Made by a program: the position numbers and the translations under genes. Positions 19,278-29,032 of a stretch of 64,000 nt of DNA are shown here, in pieces (position 1 is the stretch's first letter; every line of letters begins with the position of its first letter). Source of the stretch: an uncultured Methanosarcinales archaeon. GTDB taxonomy: Archaea > Nanobdellota > Nanobdellia > Woesearchaeales > SKGA01. The notes under the pieces are model-generated. The model made no database searches, was not told the DNA's origin, and saw nothing but the letters and a program-made list of their open reading frames with translations. The stretch lies in the NCBI GenBank assembly GCA_964428395.1, contig CAYRYB010000005.1, positions 6,414-70,413 of the forward strand. The letters run 5' to 3'.

Positions 19278-21932
19278 TTATTGAATAATGATTGCAGGTT
19301 TTCCTGGAGACGCTTGTTTTGCTTTTGGATGATTAGCATCTTCTGCTTTTATTACTTTTATAGGGCAATGCCATTTTGTCTTACTAAAAGAATTTTTTAA
19401 TGCAGAAAATTCACTTTCTTGGTTAAGAATTACTTTGGGAAGTTTGCTTGAATCTTTTATAATCGAAGGAATTATTTTAGTAATATCTTGACCGTGCTTT
19501 CGCAAATTCGTTGCCATAATAGTTTTTATGATACTTCCTGGATTTCTTGTTTTTGTAAGTTCCTCTTTAAGTTTAACAAATAGTTCATATTTCCAGCCTG
19601 CACTTACAATAATAGTTATTTCTTTTGGTCGTGAAATTTTAGCAAGCTTGAGCACTTTTCCAATGTCAATATGTACTGCCTCAAGTAAGTCCTCTGTTGC
19701 TTCAGCACGCTCATCAATTTTACTCTCATCAAAAATAGGCCATGATGCTGTTGTGATGAATGTCGTGTTACCCAATTGTTCCCAAAGTTCTTCAGTAATA
19801 TGAGGACAGAAAGGATGCAAAAGTTTTAAAAAGCTTTCAAAATCTTTTTTAGCAATTTCATCACCAAAACTATTAAATGCTTCTCGAAGCTTAATTATCG
19901 CAAAATTATATTGAAAATTCTGAATGTCATTTGTTACTTCTTTAATTGCTCGATGTAATTTGCTTAACGCTATGTTGCTACTTTTACCAAAGGGTTTTTT
20001 CTGCGCAAAAAGAACTATTTTTTTTATGAATCGCAAACTGCCCATTGCACCTTCATCGCTCCAATCAATATCTTTATCAGGTCCAGCAACAGAAACCAAA
20101 AACAATCTTGCAGCATCAATACCATATTTTTCAGAAACAGTCTCAGGCAGAATAACATTACCTTTAGACTTGCTCATCTTCTCACCATCAGGACCATGAA
20201 GCATACCTTGATTAAACAATGTAATAGCAGGTTCATCAAAAGATAATAAACCAATATCTCGCAAAAACTTTGTATAAAAACGAATATATATTAAATGCAT
20301 GCAGGCATGTTCTTTTCCCCCGATGTATGTATCAATTGGTGCCCAATAGTTTGCTTTTGCTGTATTAAAGATTTCATTGTTATTTTTTTGGTCTGTGTAC
20401 CGAAGATAATACCAAGAAGAGTTTACAAACGTATCCATGGTATCTGTTTCTCGTTTTGCAGGACCACCACATTTTGGACAAACCGTGTTAATGAACGCAT
20501 CATTTTTCTGCAAAGGATTTTTTGTGTCTTCAAAAGCAATATCTTCTGGAAGTTTTACAGGCAAATCTTTTTCTGGAACAGGAACTGCGCCACATTTTTC
20601 ACAATAAACAATAGGAATTGGTGTTCCCCAGAATCGTTGACGGCTAATAAGCCAATCACGCAGACGATAATTAACCGTACGTTTTCCCAAACCTTTTTTC
20701 CCAAGAAAAGAAGTAATATTTACTATTGCATCACGATTTTCTTGACGAGAAAATTCTCCGGAATTTATAAGTACACCATCGCCAGTGTATGCTTCTTTTA
20801 ATTCATCTCTGTTTTTATCATTGTTGTTTTGTTGTGTTTTTTTTTGTTCTTTTGGTTCTACTACGCGCTTAATAGGAATGTTATATTTTTTAGCAAACTC
20901 AAAATCTCGCTGATCATGCGCAGGAACAGCCATAACCATGCCTGAACCATACTCTGCTAACACAAAATTACCTGCATACACAGGAATCTTTTCATTAGTA
21001 ATGGGATGCAGAGCGTAACTACCCGTAAAGACACCTTCTTTTTCTAACTTATCAATTTCTTCTTCACTTACTGCGTTTAGCTTTTTTTTGAATGCATCAA
21101 CAGCTTTTTTTTGCTCGGGAGTTACGAGTTCATCAAGAAGAGGATGTTGTGCTGCAACCACCATAAACGTTACACCAAAAAGAGTATCGGGACGAGTCGT
21201 GAAAATATTCCAAGGTTTTTTATTGATAAAAAAAGTAATTTGTGTTCCTTCACTTCTTCCAATCCAATTCTTCTGCAATTTCTTAATATTTTCAGGCCAT
21301 CCTTGTAATTGTTCAAAATTGTTTAATTCTTTTGCATACGCTGTTGTCTTCAAAAACCATTGTGATAAATGTTTTACTTGAACAGGAGTATCCTCATGAC
21401 GCCAACATTTACCATTATGCACTTGTTCATTGGCAAGCACCGTGTTACATTTAGGACACCAATTTACCGGAGCATCTTTTTTGTAAGCTAAACCTTTTTT
21501 GAACATCTCAAGAAAAATCCATTGATCCCACTTGTAATACTCTGGTTTGTGTGTTTGAATTGTTCTTGACCAATCATAACTTAAGCCAAGCATCTTCATT
21601 TGCTTGATATAATTTGTAATAGCTACTTCTGTAAATTTTTTAGGATGAGATTTAGCTTTAATTGCAGCGTTTTCAGCGGGCAAACCAAAAGAATCAAATC
21701 CCATAGGATAAAGCACATTAAAACCTTGCATACGCTTGAAACGAGAAAAAATATCGCCGATAGAATAATTAAGTGCGTGACCCATATGAAGTCCTGAAGA
21801 AGAGGGGTATGGAAACATCTCTAAAACGTAATACTTCTTTTTCTTGCTTTCTTCTGTAACTTTGAAAACTTTTTGCTCTTCCCACTTTGTCTGCCACTTC
21901 TTTTCAATTGTCTTAAAATCCATTTTTAACAC
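19278..21932 (-). CDS. leuS: leucyl-tRNA synthetase (archaeal/eukaryotic type)
   Basis: HIGH-type HMGHAL and KMSKS motifs with CP1 editing and Zn-knuckle CPKC motifs. 884 aa. Confidence 0.95.
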   Translation of the reverse strand: MLKMDFKTIEKKWQTKWEEQKVFKVTEESKKKKYYVLEMFPYPSSSGLHMGHALNYSIGDIFSRFKRMQGFNVLYPMGFDSFGLPAENAAIKAKSHPKKFTEVAITNYIKQMKMLGLSYDWSRTIQTHKPEYYKWDQWIFLEMFKKGLAYKKDAPVNWCPKCNTVLANEQVHNGKCWRHEDTPVQVKHLSQWFLKTTAYAKELNNFEQLQGWPENIKKLQKNWIGRSEGTQITFFINKKPWNIFTTRPDTLFGVTFMVVAAQHPLLDELVTPEQKKAVDAFKKKLNAVSEEEIDKLEKEGVFTGSYALHPITNEKIPVYAGNFVLAEYGSGMVMAVPAHDQRDFEFAKKYNIPIKRVVEPKEQKKTQQNNNDKNRDELKEAYTGDGVLINSGEFSRQENRDAIVNITSFLGKKGLGKRTVNYRLRDWLISRQRFWGTPIPIVYCEKCGAVPVPEKDLPVKLPEDIAFEDTKNPLQKNDAFINTVCPKCGGPAKRETDTMDTFVNSSWYYLRYTDQKNNNEIFNTAKANYWAPIDTYIGGKEHACMHLIYIRFYTKFLRDIGLLSFDEPAITLFNQGMLHGPDGEKMSKSKGNVILPETVSEKYGIDAARLFLVSVAGPDKDIDWSDEGAMGSLRFIKKIVLFAQKKPFGKSSNIALSKLHRAIKEVTNDIQNFQYNFAIIKLREAFNSFGDEIAKKDFESFLKLLHPFCPHITEELWEQLGNTTFITTASWPIFDESKIDERAEATEDLLEAVHIDIGKVLKLAKISRPKEITIIVSAGWKYELFVKLKEELTKTRNPGSIIKTIMATNLRKHGQDITKIIPSIIKDSSKLPKVILNQESEFSALKNSFSKTKWHCPIKVIKAEDANHPKAKQASPGKPAIIIQ

Positions 21933-21964
21933 CGTTTTAATGCAGTATACTAGTTAGTAGAGAG

Positions 21965-22039
21965 GGCGACGCCCGGGATTTGAACCCGAACTAAGAGATC
22001 CACAGTCTCTTGTGCTAACCAAGTTACACTAACGCCACC
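21965..22039 (-). tRNA. tRNA-His (anticodon GTG) with genome-encoded G-1 opposite C73; no encoded CCA
   Basis: Hand-folded cloverleaf. Acceptor GUGGCGU/GCGUCGC (7 bp including 3 G-U pairs), D-stem GUGU/GCAC, anticodon stem AGAGA/UCUCU, loop CUGUGGA, T-stem UCGGG/CCCGG and T-loop UUCAAAU. Confidence 0.85.
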
Positions 22040-22368
22040 ATAGTCACTTCTATCTACGAGTCAATAACTCTTTTTAAAGGTAGCTTTTTTTGCTTTATTT
22101 TTGCTTTATTATATACTTTGTTACAGGTTTTATTGGAGAATTTTTTGAATGATTCTTCGCGAAGTTCTTTACGGGGGTCTTATTATGACGTTAAATAGAA
22201 ATTTAAATTTTATTTATAACAAATCTTGGCAAACGAGAATTCTTTTTTAAACCATCAGTTTTATAAAGGGAGAGACGTTCCTTTCACTATTATCCCGAGT
22301 TCACGCGTTGAGGGAATGGCTCTATGTACGCCTCTTTCTTTGCGAAAACTACCTTGAGATTAATTAAA

Positions 22369-22884
22369 ATGGCAGAACAAGAGAAAACAACGTTTTCGGC
22401 ACACAAAGAATCAAAAACTGATTCTTCATCGTTTAGGCATATTGTACGTGTTGGAAATACGGACCTTAAAGGTGAAAAAGTACTCTACTTATCCCTGCAA
22501 AAAATAAAAGGCGTAGGGGAAAATTTCTCTCGAGCAATCTGTGTTGCAGCAAATGTCAATCACATGACTAAAACTGGTGAACTTACGGATAAACAAGTCA
22601 CTCTTTTAGAACAAGTTTTAGAAGCACCTGCAAAAGCAGGAATTCCAACACATTATTTTAACGTACAACAAGATTATGAAACGGGAGAAACACAACATCT
22701 CTATACTTCTGAACTTGAATTTCATAAAGATCAAGATATTAAACGATTACGTAAAATTAAATCACGGCGTGGTCTACGACACCACTGGAAATTACCTCTT
22801 CGAGGTCAACGCACACAGTCTAATTTTAGACCTAATAAAGGCAAAGGAACGGCTGTGAAAAAGAAAACAACAACGAGAAAGTAA
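22369..22884 (+). CDS. rps13: 30S ribosomal protein uS13
   Basis: FRHIVRVGNTDLKGEK...LQKIKGVGENFSRAI and the C-terminal RRGLRHHWKLPLRGQRTQSNFR. The start is trimmed from the track's 22324 to the internal Met at MAEQEK. Operon context supports the call. Confidence 0.85.
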   Translation: MAEQEKTTFSAHKESKTDSSSFRHIVRVGNTDLKGEKVLYLSLQKIKGVGENFSRAICVAANVNHMTKTGELTDKQVTLLEQVLEAPAKAGIPTHYFNVQQDYETGETQHLYTSELEFHKDQDIKRLRKIKSRRGLRHHWKLPLRGQRTQSNFRPNKGKGTAVKKKTTTRK

Positions 22885-22905
22885 ATAACACAAGAGCAAT
22901 AGACA

Positions 22906-23766
22906 ATGGGCGATCCAAAAAAAATCAGAAAGAAATACCAAACACCTAGTCATCCTTGGATTAAAAATAGAATTGATAGTGAAAAGAAATTAACAAGAGA
23001 ATTTGGCACGCAAAATAAAAAAGAAATCTGGAAGATGGAAACCATTCTTAAAAATTTCAAGACGCAAGCAAAAAAGCTCTTGGCACTTACATCTAATCAA
23101 GCAAAAGTAGAAACCCAGCACTTGTTTCGTCGCGTCAAAGAACTTAACTTAGTAACTGGAGAAGCAACTTTTGATCAAGTCCTTGGACTTGAGATAGAAG
23201 ATGTTATGGCACGACGATTACAAACTATTGTTTTTAAAAAGGGATTGGCTAGAACTATAAAACAAGCACGACAATTCATTGTGCATGAACACATCTTAGT
23301 TGGAGATAAAAAAATTACTTCGCCATCTTATTTAGTGAGTGTTCTAGAAGAATCCAGTGTTTCTTTTGCAGTTTCATCACCTCTTATTAGCGAAGATCAT
23401 CCTGAACGAGCAAGTCTTGAAAAGCTTGCAGAAGTAAGAGCACAGCAAGAACTCTTAGCAAAACAAGCAGCAGAAGAAGCAGCACGTAAAGCAGAGCGAG
23501 AAGCCAGAGAAAAAGCAGAAGGCATTGAAGAAGTTCCTCCCGTAGAAGAAGATATTAAAAAAACTGAAGAAGAAGAGACAAAAAAAATTCCAGATGCTGA
23601 AAAGAAAGAAGCAGAAAGCCAAGCAAAAGAAAAGAAAGAAAAAATTCCAGATGCTGAAAAGAAAGAAGCAGAAAGCCAAGCAAAAGAAAAGAAAGAAAAA
23701 ATTCAATCTGATGAAAAACCTTCCGATGTAAAGACTAACAATCCATCAAAGGAGGAAACACCATGA
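22906..23766 (+). CDS. rps4: 30S ribosomal protein uS4 with an unusual ~110-aa charged C-terminal extension
   Basis: [19 protein letters not shown]-terminus and the S4 domain [14 protein letters not shown]. The C-terminal E/K/A-rich low-complexity region contains a perfect 57-bp tandem duplication. Confidence 0.85.
   Translation: MGDPKKIRKKYQTPSHPWIKNRIDSEKKLTREFGTQNKKEIWKMETILKNFKTQAKKLLALTSNQAKVETQHLFRRVKELNLVTGEATFDQVLGLEIEDVMARRLQTIVFKKGLARTIKQARQFIVHEHILVGDKKITSPSYLVSVLEESSVSFAVSSPLISEDHPERASLEKLAEVRAQQELLAKQAAEEAARKAEREAREKAEGIEEVPPVEEDIKKTEEEETKKIPDAEKKEAESQAKEKKEKIPDAEKKEAESQAKEKKEKIQSDEKPSDVKTNNPSKEETP
23584..23697 (+). repeat. perfect 57-bp tandem duplication (2 copies) inside the uS4 C-terminal extension
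   Basis: 23584-23640 is identical to 23641-23697 (aaaattccagatgctgaaaagaaagaagcagaaagccaagcaaaagaaaagaaagaa). It encodes [19 protein letters not shown] twice. Confidence 0.9.
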
Positions 23767-24164
23767 GATACGATTCAAATATTCGATGGGGAATAGCAAA
23801 TATTTTTGCTTCATATAACAATACTATTATTCATATTACTGACGTGACTGGAACTGAAACATTAGCTTTAGCTAGTGGCGGTCAAGTAGTAAAAAGTGAC
23901 CGATTAGAATCAAGTCCAACAGCAGCAATGACTGCAGCAAAAAAAGCAGCAGAAATAGCAAAAGAAAAAGGAATTACTGGATTACACATTAAAGTACGTG
24001 CGCCAGGAGGACATAATGGTCCGATGAACCCTGGTCCAGGAAGTCAAGCAGCAGTTCGAGCACTTTCTCGAATGGGATTGCGAATTGGCTTTATTGAAGA
24101 CGTTACACCCATTCCTCACGGCGGTTGTCGTAAAAAAGGAGGAAAGCGTGGACGACGAGTCTAG
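23763..24164 (+). CDS. rps11: 30S ribosomal protein uS11
   Basis: [20 protein letters not shown] signature. The ATGA start overlaps the uS4 stop. Confidence 0.9.
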   Translation: MRYDSNIRWGIANIFASYNNTIIHITDVTGTETLALASGGQVVKSDRLESSPTAAMTAAKKAAEIAKEKGITGLHIKVRAPGGHNGPMNPGPGSQAAVRALSRMGLRIGFIEDVTPIPHGGCRKKGGKRGRRV

Positions 24165-24171
24165 GGGGCAA

Positions 24172-24957
24172 ATGACAATGAATATTTCCGTGGTAGAACA
24201 AACCAATGAAAAACTGCGCTTTACGTTGCAAGGAGTAACTACGGTATATGCAAATACTCTGCGACGACTCATGATGAGCGAAGTGCCAACCCTAGCAATA
24301 GAAGATGTAACAATCAATCGCAATGATTCCGTTCTTTATGATGAAATTATTGCTCATCGTTTAGGTCTTATTGTTCTTAAGACAGATTTAGATGCATACG
24401 CGTTTAAATATGATAAGAAAGGTAATCGAATTGAAGGACCTCATAGTCAAGTAGCAATTAGTCTTCGAGCAGAAGGCCCAAGAACTGTATATGCAAAAGA
24501 GTTAGTTTGTAAAGATAGAGGGGTTGTAGCTGTTTATCCAGAAACGCCCATTGTAAAACTGATGGAAGGACAATTATTAGAATTTGAAGCAGTAGCAAGC
24601 TTGGGTATTGGTAAAGAACATAGCAAATGGAGTCCTGGACTCATTTGGTATTATAACAAACCTATTATCAAAGTTAACAACAAACATAAAGATTTTGCGA
24701 CCTTTAAAGATAAATTTCCACCGCAAGTGTTTAACGCGAAAGGGGAAATTGATGCAAAACTCATAAACGCTCCAGAACTTGTCGATGCATGTTCAGAGGT
24801 TAATGATAGTATCGTTCACATCACCTATGATGAAGACACGTTCATCTTCATAGTTGAATCATTCGGCGCACTTTTAGCAAAAGAAATAGTCCTGCGAGCA
24901 ATAAACATATATGACTTGCAACTCAAAGAGTTTGCAACATTGCTTAAAGAAAAATAA
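24172..24957 (+). CDS. rpoD: DNA-directed RNA polymerase subunit D (Rpb3 homologue)
   Basis: The start is trimmed to the ATG just after the uS11 stop, preceded by a GGGGG SD-like run. The GVTTVYANTLRRLMMSEVPTLAIEDV dimerisation-domain motif and operon position fit. Confidence 0.8.
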   Translation: MTMNISVVEQTNEKLRFTLQGVTTVYANTLRRLMMSEVPTLAIEDVTINRNDSVLYDEIIAHRLGLIVLKTDLDAYAFKYDKKGNRIEGPHSQVAISLRAEGPRTVYAKELVCKDRGVVAVYPETPIVKLMEGQLLEFEAVASLGIGKEHSKWSPGLIWYYNKPIIKVNNKHKDFATFKDKFPPQVFNAKGEIDAKLINAPELVDACSEVNDSIVHITYDEDTFIFIVESFGALLAKEIVLRAINIYDLQLKEFATLLKEK

Positions 24958-24966
24958 TTTTTTTTC

Positions 24967-25094
24967 GCGGGAGTGCCGGAGTGGTCAAACGGGCTAGGTT
25001 GAGGTGTCAATGAACAAAGGCAAAATGTGTTTGGTCAATGACTCAAAAGCCTAGTGACTTAGTGTCTGCGCGTGTTCGAACCACGTCTCCCGCA
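24967..25094 (+). tRNA. tRNA-Leu (anticodon GAG), type II, with a 44-nt intron at canonical 37/38
   Basis: Acceptor GCGGGAG/CUCCCGC is perfect. The 5' exon 24967-25004 ends ...CUAGG-UU-GAG-G. The intron is 25005-25048. The 3' exon 25049-25094 has anticodon stem CCUAG, long variable arm UGACUUAGUGUCUGC, T-stem GCGUG/CACGU, T-loop UUCGAAC and discriminator A. Confidence 0.8.
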
Positions 25095-25118
25095 TTCACG
25101 ACCAAAACAAAAAATAAA

Positions 25119-25475
25119 ATGACACGAACAAAAAACGAGCAACTGGCAACGCTTATTCAAGCGCTCAAGACGTTAGCGATTCAAAAAGACGTGAGTCTTT
25201 GGAAACGAATAGCAACAGAACTAGAGAAGTCAACGCGAGCTCGACGAGAAGTAAATGTCTATAAGCTTGATCTGTTTGCAAAAGAAGGAGAACTTGTTAT
25301 CGTACCAGGAAAAGTACTTGGTTCAGGTGCACTCTCTAAGAAAGTAGTCGTTGCAGCATTAAGTTTTTCAACGAGTGCCAAAGATAAAATTCTAGCAAAC
25401 AAAGGAGAAGTACTCACCATCACACAATTAATGGAAAAGAACCCTCAAGCAAGCAAGGTTCGCATCATGGGATAA
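25119..25475 (+). CDS. rpl18e: 50S ribosomal protein eL18 (L18e)
   Basis: MTRTKNEQLATLIQALK...VPGKVLGSGALSKKVVVAALSFS. The start is trimmed from the track's 25038, where the longer ORF would overlap the tRNA-Leu 3' exon. Confidence 0.8.
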   Translation: MTRTKNEQLATLIQALKTLAIQKDVSLWKRIATELEKSTRARREVNVYKLDLFAKEGELVIVPGKVLGSGALSKKVVVAALSFSTSAKDKILANKGEVLTITQLMEKNPQASKVRIMG

Positions 25476-25478
25476 AAA

Positions 25479-25886
25479 ATGATAATTATAGATGCAACAA
25501 ATTTAATACTCGGACGCTTTGCAACATTTGCTGCAAAACAAGCGCTTCTTGGTAAAGAAGTCAGAGTGATTAATGCAGAGAAAGCAATTGTTTCAGGAGC
25601 AAAAGCAAAAACTATTCTAGATGCGAAACAAAGAAGAAACAGAGGAACGCCAGCAAAGGGACCATTTATTCCTCGGGTAGCTGATAGATACGTTAGACGA
25701 ACCATTCGGGGTATGCTTCCTCATCGACAAACAAAAGGAGCAATAGCATATAAAAGAATACTCTGCTATGTGGGTACTCCAGAAGAATTCAAAGATGTAA
25801 CGCCTGTAAAACTATCCTTTGCAGAAGCAAGTAAATTACCGAATCTTAAATTCACGAGAGTTGAAGAAATTATCAAAAACCTTTAG
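25479..25886 (+). CDS. rpl13: 50S ribosomal protein uL13
   Basis: MIIIDATNLILGRFATFAAKQALLGKEVRVINAEKAIVSG signature. Confidence 0.9.
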   Translation: MIIIDATNLILGRFATFAAKQALLGKEVRVINAEKAIVSGAKAKTILDAKQRRNRGTPAKGPFIPRVADRYVRRTIRGMLPHRQTKGAIAYKRILCYVGTPEEFKDVTPVKLSFAEASKLPNLKFTRVEEIIKNL

Positions 25887-25896
25887 GTGAAAGATT

Positions 25897-26292
25897 ATGA
25901 AAACAATTATTACAACCGGAAAACAAAAATCAGCAATAGCACGAGCTACACTAAAAACTGGAACCGGTAAAGTAACCATTAACAATATTGATGTTTCTGC
26001 ATTTCAACCAACAATAGCGCGACTTAAACTTCAAGAACCATTACTTTTAGCAGGAGCAAACGCAGAAAAAGTAGATATCGCTGTACGAGTATCTGGTGGT
26101 GGATTCATGGGACAAACCATTGCAGCACGACTGGCAATAGGTAGAGCACTTGTAGAAAAATATTCAAAATTAAAAGAAATATTCCTTACTTACGATAGAC
26201 AATTACTTGTAGCAGACGTTCGACGAAAAGAAGCAAGAAAACCAAATACGAGAGGAAACGCGCGAGCAAAACGGCAAAAATCGTATCGTTAA
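25897..26292 (+). CDS. rps9: 30S ribosomal protein uS9
   Basis: GGGFMGQTIAARLAIGRAL and the C-terminal RRKEARKPNTRGNARAKRQKSYR. Confidence 0.9.
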   Translation: MKTIITTGKQKSAIARATLKTGTGKVTINNIDVSAFQPTIARLKLQEPLLLAGANAEKVDIAVRVSGGGFMGQTIAARLAIGRALVEKYSKLKEIFLTYDRQLLVADVRRKEARKPNTRGNARAKRQKSYR

Positions 26293-26320
26293 ATCATAAT
26301 TAAGAGAGAGGAAAAATAAA

Positions 26321-26518
26321 ATGATAATTCCAGTTCGATGTATGAGTTGTGGAAAACCAATAGGACATTTGTGGGAAACCTTTAAAGAACGAGTAGCAAA
26401 AGGGGAAGACCGCAAAAAAGTACTTGACGAGCTAGGATTAGATAGATATTGTTGTCGAGCAGTTTTTATGGGACACGTTGATCTTATTGATACAGCAGCA
26501 GCGTTCAAAAAACATTAG
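26321..26518 (+). CDS. rpoN: DNA-directed RNA polymerase subunit N (Rpb10 homologue)
   Basis: [19 protein letters not shown]...[22 protein letters not shown] Zn-bundle signature. Confidence 0.9.
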   Translation: MIIPVRCMSCGKPIGHLWETFKERVAKGEDRKKVLDELGLDRYCCRAVFMGHVDLIDTAAAFKKH

Positions 26519-26683
26519 TTTTTCTCATTACTTATTTTTTTAAGTTCTTTTTTAAAAAGCGTGTTTTTCTTAGAATGTCTTATGTGAGATAGTATTTCTA
26601 TGTATATTTTTTATTTTTTCTTATTACAAATAATTACACTTTTTTCCCAAACATTTTTATTCTTCTAGTTCTTAGAATATTTT

Positions 26684-27001
26684 ATGCCTCAAGGAAGACC
26701 TTCTAAAAGCGTTGTGCGTGACCGTTTAGTAGAAATGCTTTTCATCGCAGGACGACTTACAGCATACGAAGCACATAAACATTACTTGCGACTTTTTGGT
26801 AAAGCATCACAGCGAAATATTTATTATCAATTACAAAAAGGAGAAGCTCAAGGAATTTTCTCAAAAGAAGTGGTTGTTGAAAAAGGAGAATACACCTGGG
26901 GTGCAACAGCACAAAAAACGTATTATTCACTCACATCACAAGCAAGGCCACAAATTAATAAAGAAGTAAGAGATTATTTTCAAGAGGTGAACAAAAAGTG
27001 A
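26684..27001 (+). CDS. hypothetical small protein (105 aa) between rpoN and pgk
   Basis: ORF track entry. The TGA overlaps the pgk start. It sits where archaea usually carry rpoK/eno, and neither is recognisable. Confidence 0.45.
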   Translation: MPQGRPSKSVVRDRLVEMLFIAGRLTAYEAHKHYLRLFGKASQRNIYYQLQKGEAQGIFSKEVVVEKGEYTWGATAQKTYYSLTSQARPQINKEVRDYFQEVNKK

Positions 27002-28161
27002 GAACTATTAGGCAACTAAAGCTTGCAGGGAAAAAAGTTTTTATACGATGTGATTTTAATGTACCTTTAAAAAATGGTAACGTAACCGACGTGTATCGCA
27101 TCATAAATGCGCTTCCCACTATTAAATATGTCCTCGCGCAAAAGCCACGACAAATTATTCTTGCAAGTCACCTTGGACGACCAACACCTGGCGCGGGCCT
27201 TATTAATAAAGCATATAGTCTTAGAAGTGTTGCAAAAGAGCTTTCAAAACTTCTTAAGAGAACAGTTGTTTTTCATCCTCTTCTTGATGAACCTATTGTA
27301 TCAACACAAAAAATAGTTCTTTTGGAAAATTTGCGCTTTTATGCTGGAGAAAAAAAAGGAAGTGTGATCTTTGCAAGAAAACTAGCACAATTTGCAGACG
27401 TCTATATTGATGATGCTTTTGGCACCGCACATCGAAAAGATGCTTCAGTTTATGCTCTACCAAAGCTTTTACCTCATGCTGGCGGCTTACTTATGCAAAA
27501 AGAACTTGCAAATGTTCATCTGCACCATAAAAAACCTATTATCGCTATTTTTGGAGCGGCAAAAATAACGGATAAATTACCTCTTTTCAAAAAACTTCTT
27601 TCTAAAGTAGATAAAGTCATTTTAGGAGGAGGAGTAGTTTTTACTTTTATGAAAGCAGGCGGAATGGAAATTGGAAAGTCACTTGTTGAAGAAAACATGG
27701 TGCCTGAAGCAAAGAAGCTTCTCAAACAATATGCAAAAAAAATAATTTTCCCTACAGACTTCGTTGTTGCCAGCGTTTCAAAATTTAAAGGAAAGAAGAA
27801 CGTTGAGAAAAAAGATATTGCTGTGGTTTCCTTTGACGCGATTCCTAAAAACAAAGCAGCATATGACGTTGGACCTAAATCAGTGCACCTTTTTAACGCG
27901 GTTCTTCGTAATGCTAAAACTGTTGTCTGGAATGGGCCATTAGGCGTTTTTGAAGTAAAACCATTTGACAAGAGTACTAATGAAATTGCAAAATTTCTTG
28001 CGCAACAAAACATAACAACAATCATTGGAGGAGGAGACACGGCAAGCGCAATTAGAAAGACTCCTTATGCAAAACAAATGACTCATATTTCAACAGGAGG
28101 AGGAGCAAGTTTACAACTTCTTGCAGGAAAGAAATTGCCTGCTGTGGAAGTGTTACAATAA
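26998..28161 (+). CDS. pgk: phosphoglycerate kinase
   Basis: N-terminal VFIRCDFNVP and the hinge/ATP motifs (IIGGGDTASA, GGGASL). Confidence 0.9.
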   Translation: MRTIRQLKLAGKKVFIRCDFNVPLKNGNVTDVYRIINALPTIKYVLAQKPRQIILASHLGRPTPGAGLINKAYSLRSVAKELSKLLKRTVVFHPLLDEPIVSTQKIVLLENLRFYAGEKKGSVIFARKLAQFADVYIDDAFGTAHRKDASVYALPKLLPHAGGLLMQKELANVHLHHKKPIIAIFGAAKITDKLPLFKKLLSKVDKVILGGGVVFTFMKAGGMEIGKSLVEENMVPEAKKLLKQYAKKIIFPTDFVVASVSKFKGKKNVEKKDIAVVSFDAIPKNKAAYDVGPKSVHLFNAVLRNAKTVVWNGPLGVFEVKPFDKSTNEIAKFLAQQNITTIIGGGDTASAIRKTPYAKQMTHISTGGGASLQLLAGKKLPAVEVLQ

Positions 28162-28237
28162 AACTTTTTTTAGCAAATAATTGATAAATAATTAATTAGA
28201 AAATAATTTTTTTATCTTATTTATTCTTTAATAAATC

Positions 28238-28669
28238 TTATTTATTTTTTAATAATTCGCCAGAATTTTTTATATTTTTGTAGAAACGAGATGTTTTTTT
28301 CGCAAGACCAAGTGTTTGACCGTGCTCATCTTCTACAATTACTTCTCTTGCTTTTGCATCACCAGAAAGAATGTTTTCTTCTAGTATGTCTCGACCGCAT
28401 ACAAAGAGCCAGGAGGCTTTCTCGTTAAGTATAATCTTTTTTTTTGTACGAGGCGTGATTAGTTGTAATAAGGCAATAGATGGTGAAAACCTTGGTTTAA
28501 GTGTTCCTAATAGCAATCCAGCGCTTATTGGTTCTTCTTGCAACTTATCTATTTGTTGTTGGGCACTAGAATTGAGTAGGTAAATTGCCTTGTGTAGCTT
28601 TATTATGTGCTCTGTAGGCAAAGACACTTCAAAGGTCTGAAGAAATGCTGTAAGCTCTGGAATTATCAT
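28238..28669 (-). CDS. PUA-domain protein, Nip7/UPF0113-like (pre-rRNA processing)
   Basis: C-terminal PUA-like WLFVCGRDIL...VIVEDEHGQTLGLAKK. The start is trimmed to the internal Met (MIIPELTAF) to remove a 51-nt antisense overlap with rnp4. Confidence 0.45.
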   Translation of the reverse strand: MIIPELTAFLQTFEVSLPTEHIIKLHKAIYLLNSSAQQQIDKLQEEPISAGLLLGTLKPRFSPSIALLQLITPRTKKKIILNEKASWLFVCGRDILEENILSGDAKAREVIVEDEHGQTLGLAKKTSRFYKNIKNSGELLKNK

Positions 28670-28726
28670 CTTTTTTATGGTGAAGAAGCAAGTTTTTTTA
28701 TATGTTCCGTGTTTTAGCTTTGTTTT

Positions 28727-29032
28727 ATGACAAGAACTAAACCACAAGAGCGTTTGGCACAAGAGCATATTTCGCAACTCTCAAAAGAATATGACAAAGC
28801 ACGGTATGCTAATAAAGCGCTTGCTAACAGGTATTTACAGCTCATACGACGCATCGCTATGAAATTTCGTTTACGATTGCCTCGAGAGGTCAAACATTCA
28901 TATTGTAAGCATTGTAAACAAGCTTTTATTCCAGGGAAAAATTGTCGAGTGCGCACAAGAGATGGAAAACTCGTCTATTATTGTTATTCTTGTAAAAAAT
29001 ATACTCGTTTACCGCTTTCTTTGAAGCGTTAG
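28727..29032 (+). CDS. rnp4: RNase P protein component 4 (Rpp21/Rpr2)
   Basis: N-terminal helical ERLAQEHISQLSK plus a Zn-ribbon CKHCKQAFIPGKNCRVRTRDGKLVYYCYSCKK in the Rpp21 pattern. Confidence 0.7.
   Translation: MTRTKPQERLAQEHISQLSKEYDKARYANKALANRYLQLIRRIAMKFRLRLPREVKHSYCKHCKQAFIPGKNCRVRTRDGKLVYYCYSCKKYTRLPLSLKR

Noticed and set aside
20295-21381. Several 90-170-aa ORFs in the track lying antisense inside leuS. Similar antisense ORFs lie inside ppsA (12530-13459), cdc48 (36284-37841), pgk (27516-28040) and the ABC transporter.
   Set aside because: They fall entirely within strongly supported genes on the opposite strand and have low-complexity, Cys/Phe-rich translations. These are shadow ORFs.
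25038-25118. Long N-terminal extensions in the track for eL18 (25038), rpoD (24085), uS13 (22324), mbf1 (4526), Nip7-like (28777), speB (40204) and gatD (42878)
   Set aside because: The extensions overlap upstream genes or tRNAs. The conserved N-termini begin at internal Mets that fit operon spacing (ATGA overlaps or SD-like runs), so I used the shorter forms.
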